From: Minisyncoccia bacterium
GTDB taxonomy: Bacteria > Patescibacteriota > Minisyncoccia > Phycocordibacterales > UBA9973
Direction: 5' to 3'
Length of the DNA: 64,000 bases
Assembly: GCA_965656375.1 (NCBI GenBank)
Contig: CBFHKH010000001.1
Span: 132,691-196,690 of the forward strand
Part shown: one piece after another, positions 38,499-46,896 of the stretch
How positions within the stretch are numbered: the first letter of the stretch is position 1
Layout: each line of letters begins with the position of its first letter
The notes under the pieces: model-generated
Database searches by the model: none
What the model was told of the DNA's origin: nothing
Seen by the model: only the letters and a program-made list of their open reading frames with translations
Program-made: the position numbers and the translations under genes

Positions 38499-40298
38499 AT
38501 GGATATACAAAAAATTAGAAATTTCTCCATTATCGCCCATATTGATCACGGCAAATCGACCCTTGCTGATCGAATGCTTGAAGTGACGGGTACGATTGAG
38601 AAGCGCAAGATGAAGGATCAAGTTCTCGACTCTATGGAGCTCGAGCGTGAACGTGGTATCACTATCAAAATGCAGCCAGTACGTATGGAACATGTGGTAG
38701 ATGGAGAGAATTATATTCTCAATCTCATTGATACGCCAGGACACATCGATTTCTCATATGAAGTTTCTCGAGCGCTTAAAGCAGTTGAAGGATCAATACT
38801 CCTTGTTGATTCTACTCAGGGAGTCCAGGCGCAAACATTAACCACACTTGGCATGGCACGCGAATCTGGCCTCGTCATTATTCCAGTACTTTCAAAAGTA
38901 GATTCACCGCTTGCGCGTGTTGATGAAGTAAAGATGGAACTCGCAGTTCTTCTTGATATTGATCCGGATACAATACTCGAAGTGTCAGGAAAGACCGGGG
39001 AAGGGGTAGAAGTACTCCTTACAGAACTGGTAAAAAGAATTCCACCTCCAAATGTAAAAGTTGAGACTGCGTCAGGACGGGCACTTGTGTTTGATTTTAA
39101 ATATGACAACCATAGAGGGGTTATCGTCTACGTACGAGTAATAGAGGGAAGCTTTAAGAAAGGAGAATCACTTCTCTTTGCAATATCAGATGAAAAATTT
39201 ATCGCGCTTGAGGTAGGAACTTTTTCTCCTGAAGAGTTTCCTCGTGAAAAGATCAGCGGCGGAGAGATTGGCTACATTGTCACTGGTATCAAAAAGCCCG
39301 GGATTGCATCTGTGGGTGATACGATTACGTATGCAAAACGTCCGCTCGAAGCTCTCCCTGGATACATGAATCCATCACCAGTCGTGTGGGCATCTGTATA
39401 CCCGGAGTCTGCAGATGATTTTCCAGAGCTCAAAGCTGCACTTTCAAAGCTTAAGCTTTCTGACTCTTCGTTCTCGTATGAAGAAGAGACTTCCGGCAGT
39501 TTAGGGAGAGGATTCCGTTGTGGATTCCTCGGAATGCTTCATCTTGAAATCGTCACAGAGCGACTCAATCGTGAATTTGATCTTGAGCTTGTTGTGACGA
39601 TGCCGTCTATCACATACAAAGTCATACTTCGAAATGGAAAGGAGCAGATGATCTATTCTCCGCATCTTTTCCCTGATGATGGGAATGTGCAGAAAATATT
39701 TGAACCATGGGTAGATGTACGGATCATCGTGCCTTCGAAGTACGTAAGTGTGCTCATGCCATTCTTTTATGACCATGAAGGGGAAGTAAAAATGACGGAA
39801 AACTTTGGAGATAATCGTTCCTCAATTGATCTTGAAATGCCACTCCGAGAACTCATGCGAGATTTCTTTGATGAACTCAAAAGTGTTACATCTGGATATG
39901 CGTCGATTTCCTACGAAATAGGTGACTATCGAGAGGCGGATGTAGTTCGCCTTGATATTCTCGTTGCAGATGAACCTATGGTTGCATTCACGAGAGTGGT
40001 ATCTCGCCGCAGAGTAGAGGAGGAAGCAAAAAGTCAGGTGGAACGACTCAAGAAAGTTATTCCTCGTCAGCAATTCGCATTCAAGATTCAAGGTAAAGCT
40101 TTGGGTCGCATCATCTCATCGGAATCTGTAAGTGCCTTTATGAAAGACGTCACGCAGCATATGTATGGAGGGGATATTACACGCAAGATGAAACTTCGAG
40201 AAAAGCAGAAGAAGGGTAAGAAGAAAATGGCTGGTAGAGGAAAAATAAACATCTCTCATGATGTCTTCTTGAAAATGATGCGTAGTGGAGATAACTAG
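38499..40298 (+). CDS. lepA: Elongation factor 4 (LepA)
   Basis: IRNFSIIAHIDHGKSTLADR G-domain. LepA C-terminal domain. The start is taken at MDIQK and the upstream overlapping ATG is rejected. Confidence 0.9.
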   Translation: MDIQKIRNFSIIAHIDHGKSTLADRMLEVTGTIEKRKMKDQVLDSMELERERGITIKMQPVRMEHVVDGENYILNLIDTPGHIDFSYEVSRALKAVEGSILLVDSTQGVQAQTLTTLGMARESGLVIIPVLSKVDSPLARVDEVKMELAVLLDIDPDTILEVSGKTGEGVEVLLTELVKRIPPPNVKVETASGRALVFDFKYDNHRGVIVYVRVIEGSFKKGESLLFAISDEKFIALEVGTFSPEEFPREKISGGEIGYIVTGIKKPGIASVGDTITYAKRPLEALPGYMNPSPVVWASVYPESADDFPELKAALSKLKLSDSSFSYEEETSGSLGRGFRCGFLGMLHLEIVTERLNREFDLELVVTMPSITYKVILRNGKEQMIYSPHLFPDDGNVQKIFEPWVDVRIIVPSKYVSVLMPFFYDHEGEVKMTENFGDNRSSIDLEMPLRELMRDFFDELKSVTSGYASISYEIGDYREADVVRLDILVADEPMVAFTRVVSRRRVEEEAKSQVERLKKVIPRQQFAFKIQGKALGRIISSESVSAFMKDVTQHMYGGDITRKMKLREKQKKGKKKMAGRGKINISHDVFLKMMRSGDN

Positions 40299-40430
40299 CT
40301 TTTTATTGAAAAATAGGCAAATAGAGAAGAACCATGCTTATCATGACGATGACAGATATTACCGTAAAAATAAGTTTCATTCTCTTTTGACCTTTCTGGC
40401 TGAAAATCATGATATAATTATACATATTTT

Positions 40431-40811
40431 ATGGCGCAATTCAATAAGAAAAATACATACAAATTTTGGCACTCTCCACTTGCACTTATCGTGCTTTTTT
40501 GTATTTTTGTACTGTTTGCCTATAATATGGTCGGGCTTATGAAGAAAGAGCGGGAAACCAGCAGAAATAAAGCTTCAGAGCTTAACAAGATCGAAGATCT
40601 TCGTGCTCGTGAAGCTCTACTCAATCGGGATATCGATAGACTTAATACAGACGAGGGCATAGAAGCGTCAATCAGAGATAAATTCCAAGTCGTAAAGCCT
40701 GGGGAGAAGGAAGTCTTAATAGTACAAGAAGAGAGTAAAACAGAGACACTCGAAAAAGAGTCTGACCATAGTTTCTGGGGATACATAAAACGTTTATTCA
40801 AGCGGAATTAG
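40431..40811 (+). CDS. Septum-formation initiator-like protein (FtsB/DivIC family)
   Basis: An N-terminal TM followed by a coiled coil (LNKIEDLRAREALLNRDIDRLNTDEG). Confidence 0.45.
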   Translation: MAQFNKKNTYKFWHSPLALIVLFCIFVLFAYNMVGLMKKERETSRNKASELNKIEDLRAREALLNRDIDRLNTDEGIEASIRDKFQVVKPGEKEVLIVQEESKTETLEKESDHSFWGYIKRLFKRN

Positions 40812-40872
40812 TTTAGTGGTAGAACTGGTGCTTCCCAAGCATCGGGCAGGGGTTCGATTCTCCTATTCCGCA
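40802..40872 (+). tRNA. tRNA-Gly (anticodon CCC), no encoded CCA
   Basis: GCGGAAT acceptor pairs with ATTCCGC. Anticodon loop TTCCCAA. T-loop TTCGATT. It overlaps the last codons of the upstream ORF. Confidence 0.8.
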
Positions 40873-40915
40873 CAGATTTGCATATTAGGCAAAATATCCT
40901 TCCTTAATGGAATAG

Positions 40916-41422
40916 TTATTCTATTGTATATGTAAACACTTTAACTGGAATTCCTTTATCCTGGGCTTTTGTTATTGTATCTTGCGTTCCTTCTGTCTGG
41001 TTAATATGGAAAGCGATAAGTTCATCTGAGTTATCAATAATCGTTGTTATTCTTGCGAAATAAGCTTCTTTATTTAAAATGATGTCTTTTCCTTCTATAA
41101 GTGAATTTGGGTTTCTATTTTTTAAATCTTCTAGTTGGTTAATAAGCCTTGTTGCTTGTTCAAAAGTAATAACACCTTCGTTTGCACGATTGAGATAGTG
41201 AGTTCGATATACATCTAGAGTAGACGGAATATATATTTTAATTTTACTAGCATCAGGGTTATGCTTGAGGGCCTCATCTAGAGCGATTGAATCAACACCT
41301 AATGCACCCCCTGAAACAATCCCGTTTCCATCAATAAAAATATTCTTTAGAGCAACTCTAATATCTTTATCTACTTCTAAGTTAGTTTTCCGCCAAGCAC
41401 CTGCAATTGCGATCCATTTCAT
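40916..41422 (-). CDS. SLOG/DprA-like Rossmann-fold protein (putative nucleotide-binding)
   Basis: 168 aa. GIVSGGALGVDSIALDEAL resembles the DprA/SLOG glycine-rich nucleotide-binding motif. Confidence 0.35.
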   Translation of the reverse strand: MKWIAIAGAWRKTNLEVDKDIRVALKNIFIDGNGIVSGGALGVDSIALDEALKHNPDASKIKIYIPSTLDVYRTHYLNRANEGVITFEQATRLINQLEDLKNRNPNSLIEGKDIILNKEAYFARITTIIDNSDELIAFHINQTEGTQDTITKAQDKGIPVKVFTYTIE

Positions 41423-41494
41423 TCTTCAATTATATCAGAAAATGTTATTTACCCTCCCTTCCAAAGAATACCAATTCGGTGATAGAATGGACTA

Positions 41495-41974
41495 ATGAAT
41501 AATTATGCTTTCATCGATAGTCAAAATGTCTATCTCTCAATAAAATCATTAGGATGGAGTATTCACTGGAAGCGATTTCGAGTCTATTTAAAGGAACATT
41601 ATAGAGTGACTAAAGCTTTTTTATTTCTTGGATATGTAGAAGGGAACAATGCTATGTATTCTGAACTTCAAGAAGCTGGGTTCATTTGTATCTTTAAACC
41701 GGTGCTGACATATAAGGATGGAACAGTAAAAGGCAATGTTGATGCAGAGCTTGTACTCCATACGATGGTTCAGTATGCTAATTTTGAAAAAGCTGTCATT
41801 ATTACCGGTGATGGAGACTTTTATTGCTTAGTTCAATATCTGTTAGAGAACAATAAACTACAGACAGTATTAGTTCCAAACAAGAATAAATACTCTGCTT
41901 TGCTCAAGCGCTTTGCGAAGAAGCATATTGCATTTATGAATGATTTGGAGATGAAGATTGGTCAGGCTAAATAA
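41495..41974 (+). CDS. NYN-domain (PIN-like) ribonuclease family protein
   Basis: AFIDSQNVYLS...ITGDGDF is the NYN/LabA pattern. Confidence 0.65.
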   Translation: MNNYAFIDSQNVYLSIKSLGWSIHWKRFRVYLKEHYRVTKAFLFLGYVEGNNAMYSELQEAGFICIFKPVLTYKDGTVKGNVDAELVLHTMVQYANFEKAVIITGDGDFYCLVQYLLENNKLQTVLVPNKNKYSALLKRFAKKHIAFMNDLEMKIGQAK

Positions 41975-42233
41975 AAAGGACCCCTGCAGGACGAACCTGC
42001 AAGGGGACTTTTCGTGGTGATATAATCATTATAGCTGATCTGGATTACGTGTCAAGGAGCGCTGTATAAGATGTTATTTGCAGGTCATTTATGCTGCTAT
42101 CTTCAATATGTTTCTCATTATAAGTTCTAACTTCGTTGATTAGGCTGTACATATGTCAAGTATTGCAATATATATGGGTATGATATAATGAGGGTCAATT
42201 ATTAAATATCACCGCGTTTGCGGTTTACACAAT

Positions 42234-42473
42234 ATGAGTACAGTCACTATTTATAGCACTCCATCATGTCATTTTTGTCACATGGCAAAAGAGTTTTTTA
42301 AAGAAAAGAATGTCGAATTCGTTGATTTTGACGTAGCAGGGGATCAGGAAAAGCGCAAAGAAATGATCGCAAAAAGCGGTCAGATGGGTGTACCAGTCAT
42401 CGCCATTGGAAATACTATTGTTGTTGGTTTTAATAAGCCAAAGATTGTAGAGCTCCTCGGTATTACTGAGTAG
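42234..42473 (+). CDS. Glutaredoxin-like protein (NrdH/Grx family)
   Basis: 79 aa. CHFC active site in a thioredoxin-fold context (IYSTPSCHFCHMAKEFF). Confidence 0.7.
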   Translation: MSTVTIYSTPSCHFCHMAKEFFKEKNVEFVDFDVAGDQEKRKEMIAKSGQMGVPVIAIGNTIVVGFNKPKIVELLGITE

Positions 42474-42500
42474 CATTTACTACCATTTTAACGTATGATA

Positions 42501-42524
42501 AAAACACCCGTACGGGTGTTTTTA
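42501..42524 (+). terminator. Rho-independent terminator after the glutaredoxin gene
   Basis: aaaacacccgta/cgggtgtttt is a perfect hairpin followed by T-run. Confidence 0.55.
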
Positions 42525-42540
42525 TGTAAACTCAATATTT

Positions 42541-42612
42541 GTCCTTGTAGTTCAACGGATAGAACAGTCCCGTCCTAAGGGATAGATGTAGGTTCAATTC
42601 CTGCCAAGGACA
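42541..42612 (+). tRNA. tRNA-Arg (anticodon CCU), no encoded CCA
   Basis: GTCCTTG pairs with CAAGGAC in the acceptor stem. Anticodon loop GTCCTAA. T-arm GTAGG-TTCAATT-CCTGC. Confidence 0.8.
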
Positions 42613-42682
42613 CAGCTATGTACTCGCGGTCGGAGTGAAGGCACACTTTTATTTTTGACTGAAATATGCTAAAGTTTGGTTC

Positions 42683-42976
42683 ATGGATGAAGTAACCAAA
42701 CAGCTTCTGAAAGAAACATTAGAAGTCTCAAAAGCCAATAATGTAATGCTTGTAAAGCTTGCTCGATCGCAAAAGCGAGCAAATATCTATCGATTGGTAT
42801 ATTGGGGAGTCATTGTTTTCTTTTCATTTGGAATATACTATCTCATCCAACCGTTTATGAACAATTTAATGAGTCTTTATACAGGAGGAGCATCGGATGG
42901 TAGTAGTTTCACTGATTTGATGAAGAACTTCAGCAACAAAGAACAGTTAAATAATTTGATAGATACAATCAAATAA
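42683..42976 (+). CDS. Small membrane protein of unknown function
   Basis: 97 aa with one TM. Confidence 0.3.
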   Translation: MDEVTKQLLKETLEVSKANNVMLVKLARSQKRANIYRLVYWGVIVFFSFGIYYLIQPFMNNLMSLYTGGASDGSSFTDLMKNFSNKEQLNNLIDTIK

Positions 42977-42982
42977 TCCTAT

Positions 42983-42997
42983 GCCGAGATAGCTCAG
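42983..42997 (+). repeat. 15-nt direct repeat identical to the 5' end of tRNA-Phe (GCCGAGATAGCTCAG). It forms the left boundary of a GIY-YIG insertion unit and is followed by two GC-rich hairpins.
   Basis: It matches 43306-43320 exactly. Downstream are the hairpins ccccgac-N9-gtcgggg and agccgac-N6-gtcggct. Confidence 0.6.
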
Positions 42998-43048
42998 CCC
43001 CGACGTGAGTACAGTCGGGGAGCCGACAGAATCGTCGGCTTTGGCGCC

Positions 43049-43315
43049 ATGAAACCAGTTGTTTATATTTTAAAATCAAATTTGGGCAAGTATTATATAG
43101 GTAGTACTTATAATTTAGAAAGAAGGCTTGCTCAGCATGCTGAGGGACATACCCACTCAACAAAAAGAATGGGGTATATGGAACTAGTTTTTTCTCAAGA
43201 ATACAAGAGCCTGAAAGATGCTAGAAATGTAGAGTTTCATATAAAAAAACTCAAGAGAAAAGACTTTGTTGAAAAAATCGTGAAAGAAGGTTATATTAGG
43301 ATTACGCCGAGATAG
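43049..43315 (+). CDS. GIY-YIG nuclease family protein (YhbQ/UPF0213-like)
   Basis: KPVVYILKSNLGKYYIGSTYNLERRLAQH has GIY-YIG and the R...H catalytic core. The last codons and stop are supplied by the tRNA-Phe 5' sequence. Confidence 0.75.
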   Translation: MKPVVYILKSNLGKYYIGSTYNLERRLAQHAEGHTHSTKRMGYMELVFSQEYKSLKDARNVEFHIKKLKRKDFVEKIVKEGYIRITPR

Positions 43316-43378
43316 CTCAGTTGGTAGAGCGCTCCCCTGAAGAGGGATAGGTCACCAGTTCGACTCTGGTTCTCGGCA
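43306..43378 (+). tRNA. tRNA-Phe (anticodon GAA), no encoded CCA
   Basis: GCCGAGA pairs with TCTCGGC in the acceptor stem. D-loop AGCTCAGTTGGTAGAGC. Anticodon loop CTGAAGA. T-loop TTCGACT. Confidence 0.8.
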
Positions 43379-43383
43379 CAATA

Positions 43384-43411
43384 GAAAAATCCCCACAGTG
43401 GGGATTTTTCT
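43384..43411. terminator. Bidirectional terminator between tRNA-Phe and the hsp20 gene
   Basis: gaaaaatcccca-cagt-ggggatttttc. Confidence 0.55.
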
Positions 43412-43425
43412 ATTGTGCTTTAATG

Positions 43426-43932
43426 TTATATCGATTTCACTTTCAATTTTGTCTCTTTGTTTTTGTTTATCTTCGGAAGCTTTATTATAAGGAGCCCATG
43501 CTTCTCTATTGCCTCAGCTTCTTCGGGATCAACTTCTTCAGGAAGAGAGATAGTTCGTGCAAACGAACCCCAGTAGAGCTCTTGCACAAAATAATTATCG
43601 TGGTTTATAGATTGATTCTCTTCGCGCTTGCCACGGATGGTGATCAAGTCGCGAGTGATCGTGATCGCGAGATTTTCCGGGAGTACGCCTGCGACCATCG
43701 TTTGAACGATAATATCTGTTGGAGTCTGATAGAGGTCTACAGTCAGTTGGGCTTCCTCCTCTTCTTCCCATTTGGATTCTTTCTTCTCATTATTTAAACC
43801 ACCCATATCCTTGCTTACCGGGAGGGTTATCTTTTTTGCTGTGTCTGTCGCTTGGAGAGGGGAACTAACTTCTTCTTCGTCTTCAAAGCGCATGCTTCCT
43901 GTGAGACGCTCGAGAAATGATTTTTTTGCCAT
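43426..43932 (-). CDS. Small heat-shock protein (Hsp20/alpha-crystallin family)
   Basis: Alpha-crystallin domain with the A.G-like motif ...ENLAITITRDLITIRGKREE... and an I.I-type C-terminal tail. Confidence 0.75.
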   Translation of the reverse strand: MAKKSFLERLTGSMRFEDEEEVSSPLQATDTAKKITLPVSKDMGGLNNEKKESKWEEEEEAQLTVDLYQTPTDIIVQTMVAGVLPENLAITITRDLITIRGKREENQSINHDNYFVQELYWGSFARTISLPEEVDPEEAEAIEKHGLLIIKLPKINKNKETKLKVKSI

Positions 43933-43940
43933 AAATAATA

Positions 43941-44663
43941 TTAGCGTTCAACAGGAATACTGATAGTAGCATTTCCCATACGCTTTAACTTTTCAAAAAT
44001 AAGTATACTAATAATCGCGACGACCCATAACAATCCGAATACGCTCAAGAAGTTTTCACCGCTTCCTTTCATTATAAAAAAATTAAACACGCTGTGCAAT
44101 ACTATCGCACAGAGGAGTCCACACAGCATATATATACCTCTATATTGACGGATATAAAAAGAAAGACCAAGCGCGCTTCCGATGAGTCCGCTCGCAATCG
44201 CGTGAAGAAGCGTTGATCCCAGGAATCGAAGGTTGCCGGTAAGGAGGCCAACAACGGTGCCGTCGACAGCGAGTGGGCGAAGGAGGTAGAGGATATTTTC
44301 GAATGCTGCAAAGCCGAGCGCTACAGCGATGAAATACATCGGATAATCTATCGGTTCATCAACAACTGTTGTTCCGCTTATGATAATGAGAACACCAAGG
44401 AGTTTCAAAATCTCCTCGATAGTTGCCCATGCTACTATCTGAGTCGTATTATCAGGTAGGTAATTGAGAGAATACTTTTCCATCCATATCGCGATAAGTA
44501 CTATGATTCCGCCAAGAATGAATGAAAGTACGATGAGTCCACGCGGCTCTTTGTGGCCTTCGTCTTCTTCACGAAGCCAAAACCATAACCAAAATACTGC
44601 TGGCAATGCACCGCCGAGAACTGCAAATAACAATGTCTTTGGATCTTTAAGCAGTTCGATCAT
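43941..44663 (-). CDS. PrsW-family intramembrane metalloprotease-like protein
   Basis: TIEEILKLLG is the EExxK motif, AAFENILY is the FxxxE motif and LLHAIASG is the HxxxS motif. Multi-TM. Confidence 0.5.
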   Translation of the reverse strand: MIELLKDPKTLLFAVLGGALPAVFWLWFWLREEDEGHKEPRGLIVLSFILGGIIVLIAIWMEKYSLNYLPDNTTQIVAWATIEEILKLLGVLIIISGTTVVDEPIDYPMYFIAVALGFAAFENILYLLRPLAVDGTVVGLLTGNLRFLGSTLLHAIASGLIGSALGLSFYIRQYRGIYMLCGLLCAIVLHSVFNFFIMKGSGENFLSVFGLLWVVAIISILIFEKLKRMGNATISIPVER

Positions 44664-46857
44664 TGGAATGCCATTTTGTTACCATAAGTAAATTCTTGTC
44701 TTCGACTGGCCTGTCTGCGCAGGTGGACAAGAGTGACCAGATCTCTTCAGTTACGAACGGCATGAATGGATGGAGTGTGATCACTATCTTTGTGAGCGTT
44801 CCGAGTAAGAATTGTGCACGAGAATTTCTATCTTCATTGTCTGCTCCTTGGAGAATTGGTTTACTCTCTTCGATGATTACATCAGCAAATCGTGCCCAGG
44901 TGTACTGGTAAATCTTGTCTCCTGCGAGATAGAATTTATACTCTTCCATTTCTTTTGTAATCGTTTTTAGAATCTCATCTCTTTCATGGATAAGTTCCAT
45001 ATCTTTATTCGTGTATTTTTCGAACTGTGGATCGTAGGTAAGATTTTCTGTGTATGAGAGTACAAAGCGAGTAATATTCCAGAGTTTATTCGCATAGTTT
45101 TTGTATGCTTTTATTTTATCCTCACTCATTTTACTATCATTACCGGGTCCAGTTCCTATAATGAGCGACATACGCACTGCGTCGGCTCCATATTTTGCTA
45201 TGACATCAAGTGGATCGATGATATTACCAAGTGATTTTGACATCTTTCGTCCTTGTGCGTCACGGACAAGGCCGTGGAGATATACAGTCTTGAATGGGAT
45301 TTCACCCAAAATATATTGAGACATGAGAATCATACGTGCCACCCAGAAGAACAGGATGTCGTATCCAGTTTCGAGGATTGTTGTCGGATGATAGGTTTCT
45401 AGGTCTTTTGTTTTCTCTGGCCATCCAAGTGTTGAGAATGTCCACAGTCCCGATGAGAACCAAGTATCGAGTGTGTCTTCATCTTGAACCCATCCTTCTT
45501 CATCTGGCTCTTCAACTCCGCAGTATACTTCGGTGCCCTTATACCACACTGGAATTCGATGCCCGTACCAGATCTGGCGAGAGATACACCAGTCACGCAG
45601 ATTATCTACCCAGTTGAAATATACTCTCTCGAAGTGATCAGGAAGTATATCAATATCTTTATTGCGAATTGGTTCAAGCATTAACTCCTTGAGCGTTTTG
45701 TTATTTCGATCAGGAATCGGTTTGTTCACATTGATGAACCACTGATTCATAATTTGTGGTTCAATAACTGCTTCAGTACGTTCTGCTGTGGCTACGTTGT
45801 GAGTATAGTCTTCAATTTTCTCTACCAAGCCTTTTGATTCGAGTTTTTCGATGATCTTTGCTCTTGCGTCTTTGATCTTCATACCTCCAAATTCGCCAGC
45901 GATAGGGAGGAGCTTGCCGTACTTATCAATGATCTGCTCTTTGTCGAGATTGTGACGCTGTGCGATTTCAAAATCGACAGTACTATGCCATGGAGTGATA
46001 GTCATGACACCTGTACCGAATTCCATATCAATACTTTCATCTTTGATGATCGTTGCTTCTATTGGTCCGTTGATCCACTCGACGGTTATCTTGTCTCCAT
46101 GAGTGTATGTGCTGTATCTGGCATCATCAGGATGCATGACCACGTATTTATCTCCAAATTTTGTTTCTGGTCGTGCAGTACCGATGGTGAACGGTCCATA
46201 CTTTAGATAGTAGAACTTTGTCTTTTCTTCTTTGTATACCATCTCGTCGTCAGAGATTACTGTCTGGCCTTTTGGATCCCAGTTTACGATGCGGTGGCCA
46301 CGATAGATGAGTCCGTCATCGTACATTTTCTTAAATGCTGTGCGCACTGCAAAGTTACGTTTCTCGTCGAGCGTGAACGCTTCTCGTGACCAGTCGATAG
46401 ACGCACCCATTTTCTTCACTTGGGAGACGATTGTGTCATGGCTGTCTTGTGCAAATGTCTCTACTCGCTTGAGAAATTCTTCGCGACCAAGGTCACTTTT
46501 TCTCTTACCTTCTTCTTTCTCGATCAGCTTCTCAACTTTTGATTGCGTCGCGATTGCTGCGTGATCTGTTCCAGGAAGCCAGAGAGTTCGCTTTCCTTGC
46601 ATACGAGCGAAGCGGACCATGATATCTTCGATAACGAGCATAGCTGCATGGCCGATATGGAGTGTTCCCGTGACGTTTGGGGGAGGTAATACTATAGAGA
46701 ATGGTTCACCATCTGCTTTCGTTACTCCTTTCTCTATACAGATATCAGGATTAAAAAAACCACTCTCTTCCCAGAGTTTGTATATGCGGTCTTCAGTTTC
46801 ACCCGGATTATATGGAGAGAGGAGTTTTGGGTTTATATCAGGCATATCTTCTTTCAT
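44647..46857 (-). CDS. valS: Valyl-tRNA synthetase (short form lacking the C-terminal coiled coil)
   Basis: PPPNVTGTLHIGHA HIGH motif, KMSKSLGN, and editing-domain motifs. 736 aa. Confidence 0.9.
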   Translation of the reverse strand: MKEDMPDINPKLLSPYNPGETEDRIYKLWEESGFFNPDICIEKGVTKADGEPFSIVLPPPNVTGTLHIGHAAMLVIEDIMVRFARMQGKRTLWLPGTDHAAIATQSKVEKLIEKEEGKRKSDLGREEFLKRVETFAQDSHDTIVSQVKKMGASIDWSREAFTLDEKRNFAVRTAFKKMYDDGLIYRGHRIVNWDPKGQTVISDDEMVYKEEKTKFYYLKYGPFTIGTARPETKFGDKYVVMHPDDARYSTYTHGDKITVEWINGPIEATIIKDESIDMEFGTGVMTITPWHSTVDFEIAQRHNLDKEQIIDKYGKLLPIAGEFGGMKIKDARAKIIEKLESKGLVEKIEDYTHNVATAERTEAVIEPQIMNQWFINVNKPIPDRNNKTLKELMLEPIRNKDIDILPDHFERVYFNWVDNLRDWCISRQIWYGHRIPVWYKGTEVYCGVEEPDEEGWVQDEDTLDTWFSSGLWTFSTLGWPEKTKDLETYHPTTILETGYDILFFWVARMILMSQYILGEIPFKTVYLHGLVRDAQGRKMSKSLGNIIDPLDVIAKYGADAVRMSLIIGTGPGNDSKMSEDKIKAYKNYANKLWNITRFVLSYTENLTYDPQFEKYTNKDMELIHERDEILKTITKEMEEYKFYLAGDKIYQYTWARFADVIIEESKPILQGADNEDRNSRAQFLLGTLTKIVITLHPFMPFVTEEIWSLLSTCADRPVEDKNLLMVTKWHSNDRTA

Positions 46858-46896
46858 ATAGAAAATATAGCATTTTAGAGCCTTATTTCCAATATT

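Noticed and set aside
42983-43048. Possible complete tRNA or tRNA-like gene starting with GCCGAGATAGCTCAG.
   Set aside because: After the 15-nt match the sequence forms two simple hairpins. No acceptor-stem complement (CTCGGC) or T-arm is present. It is a partial duplicate and not a functional tRNA.
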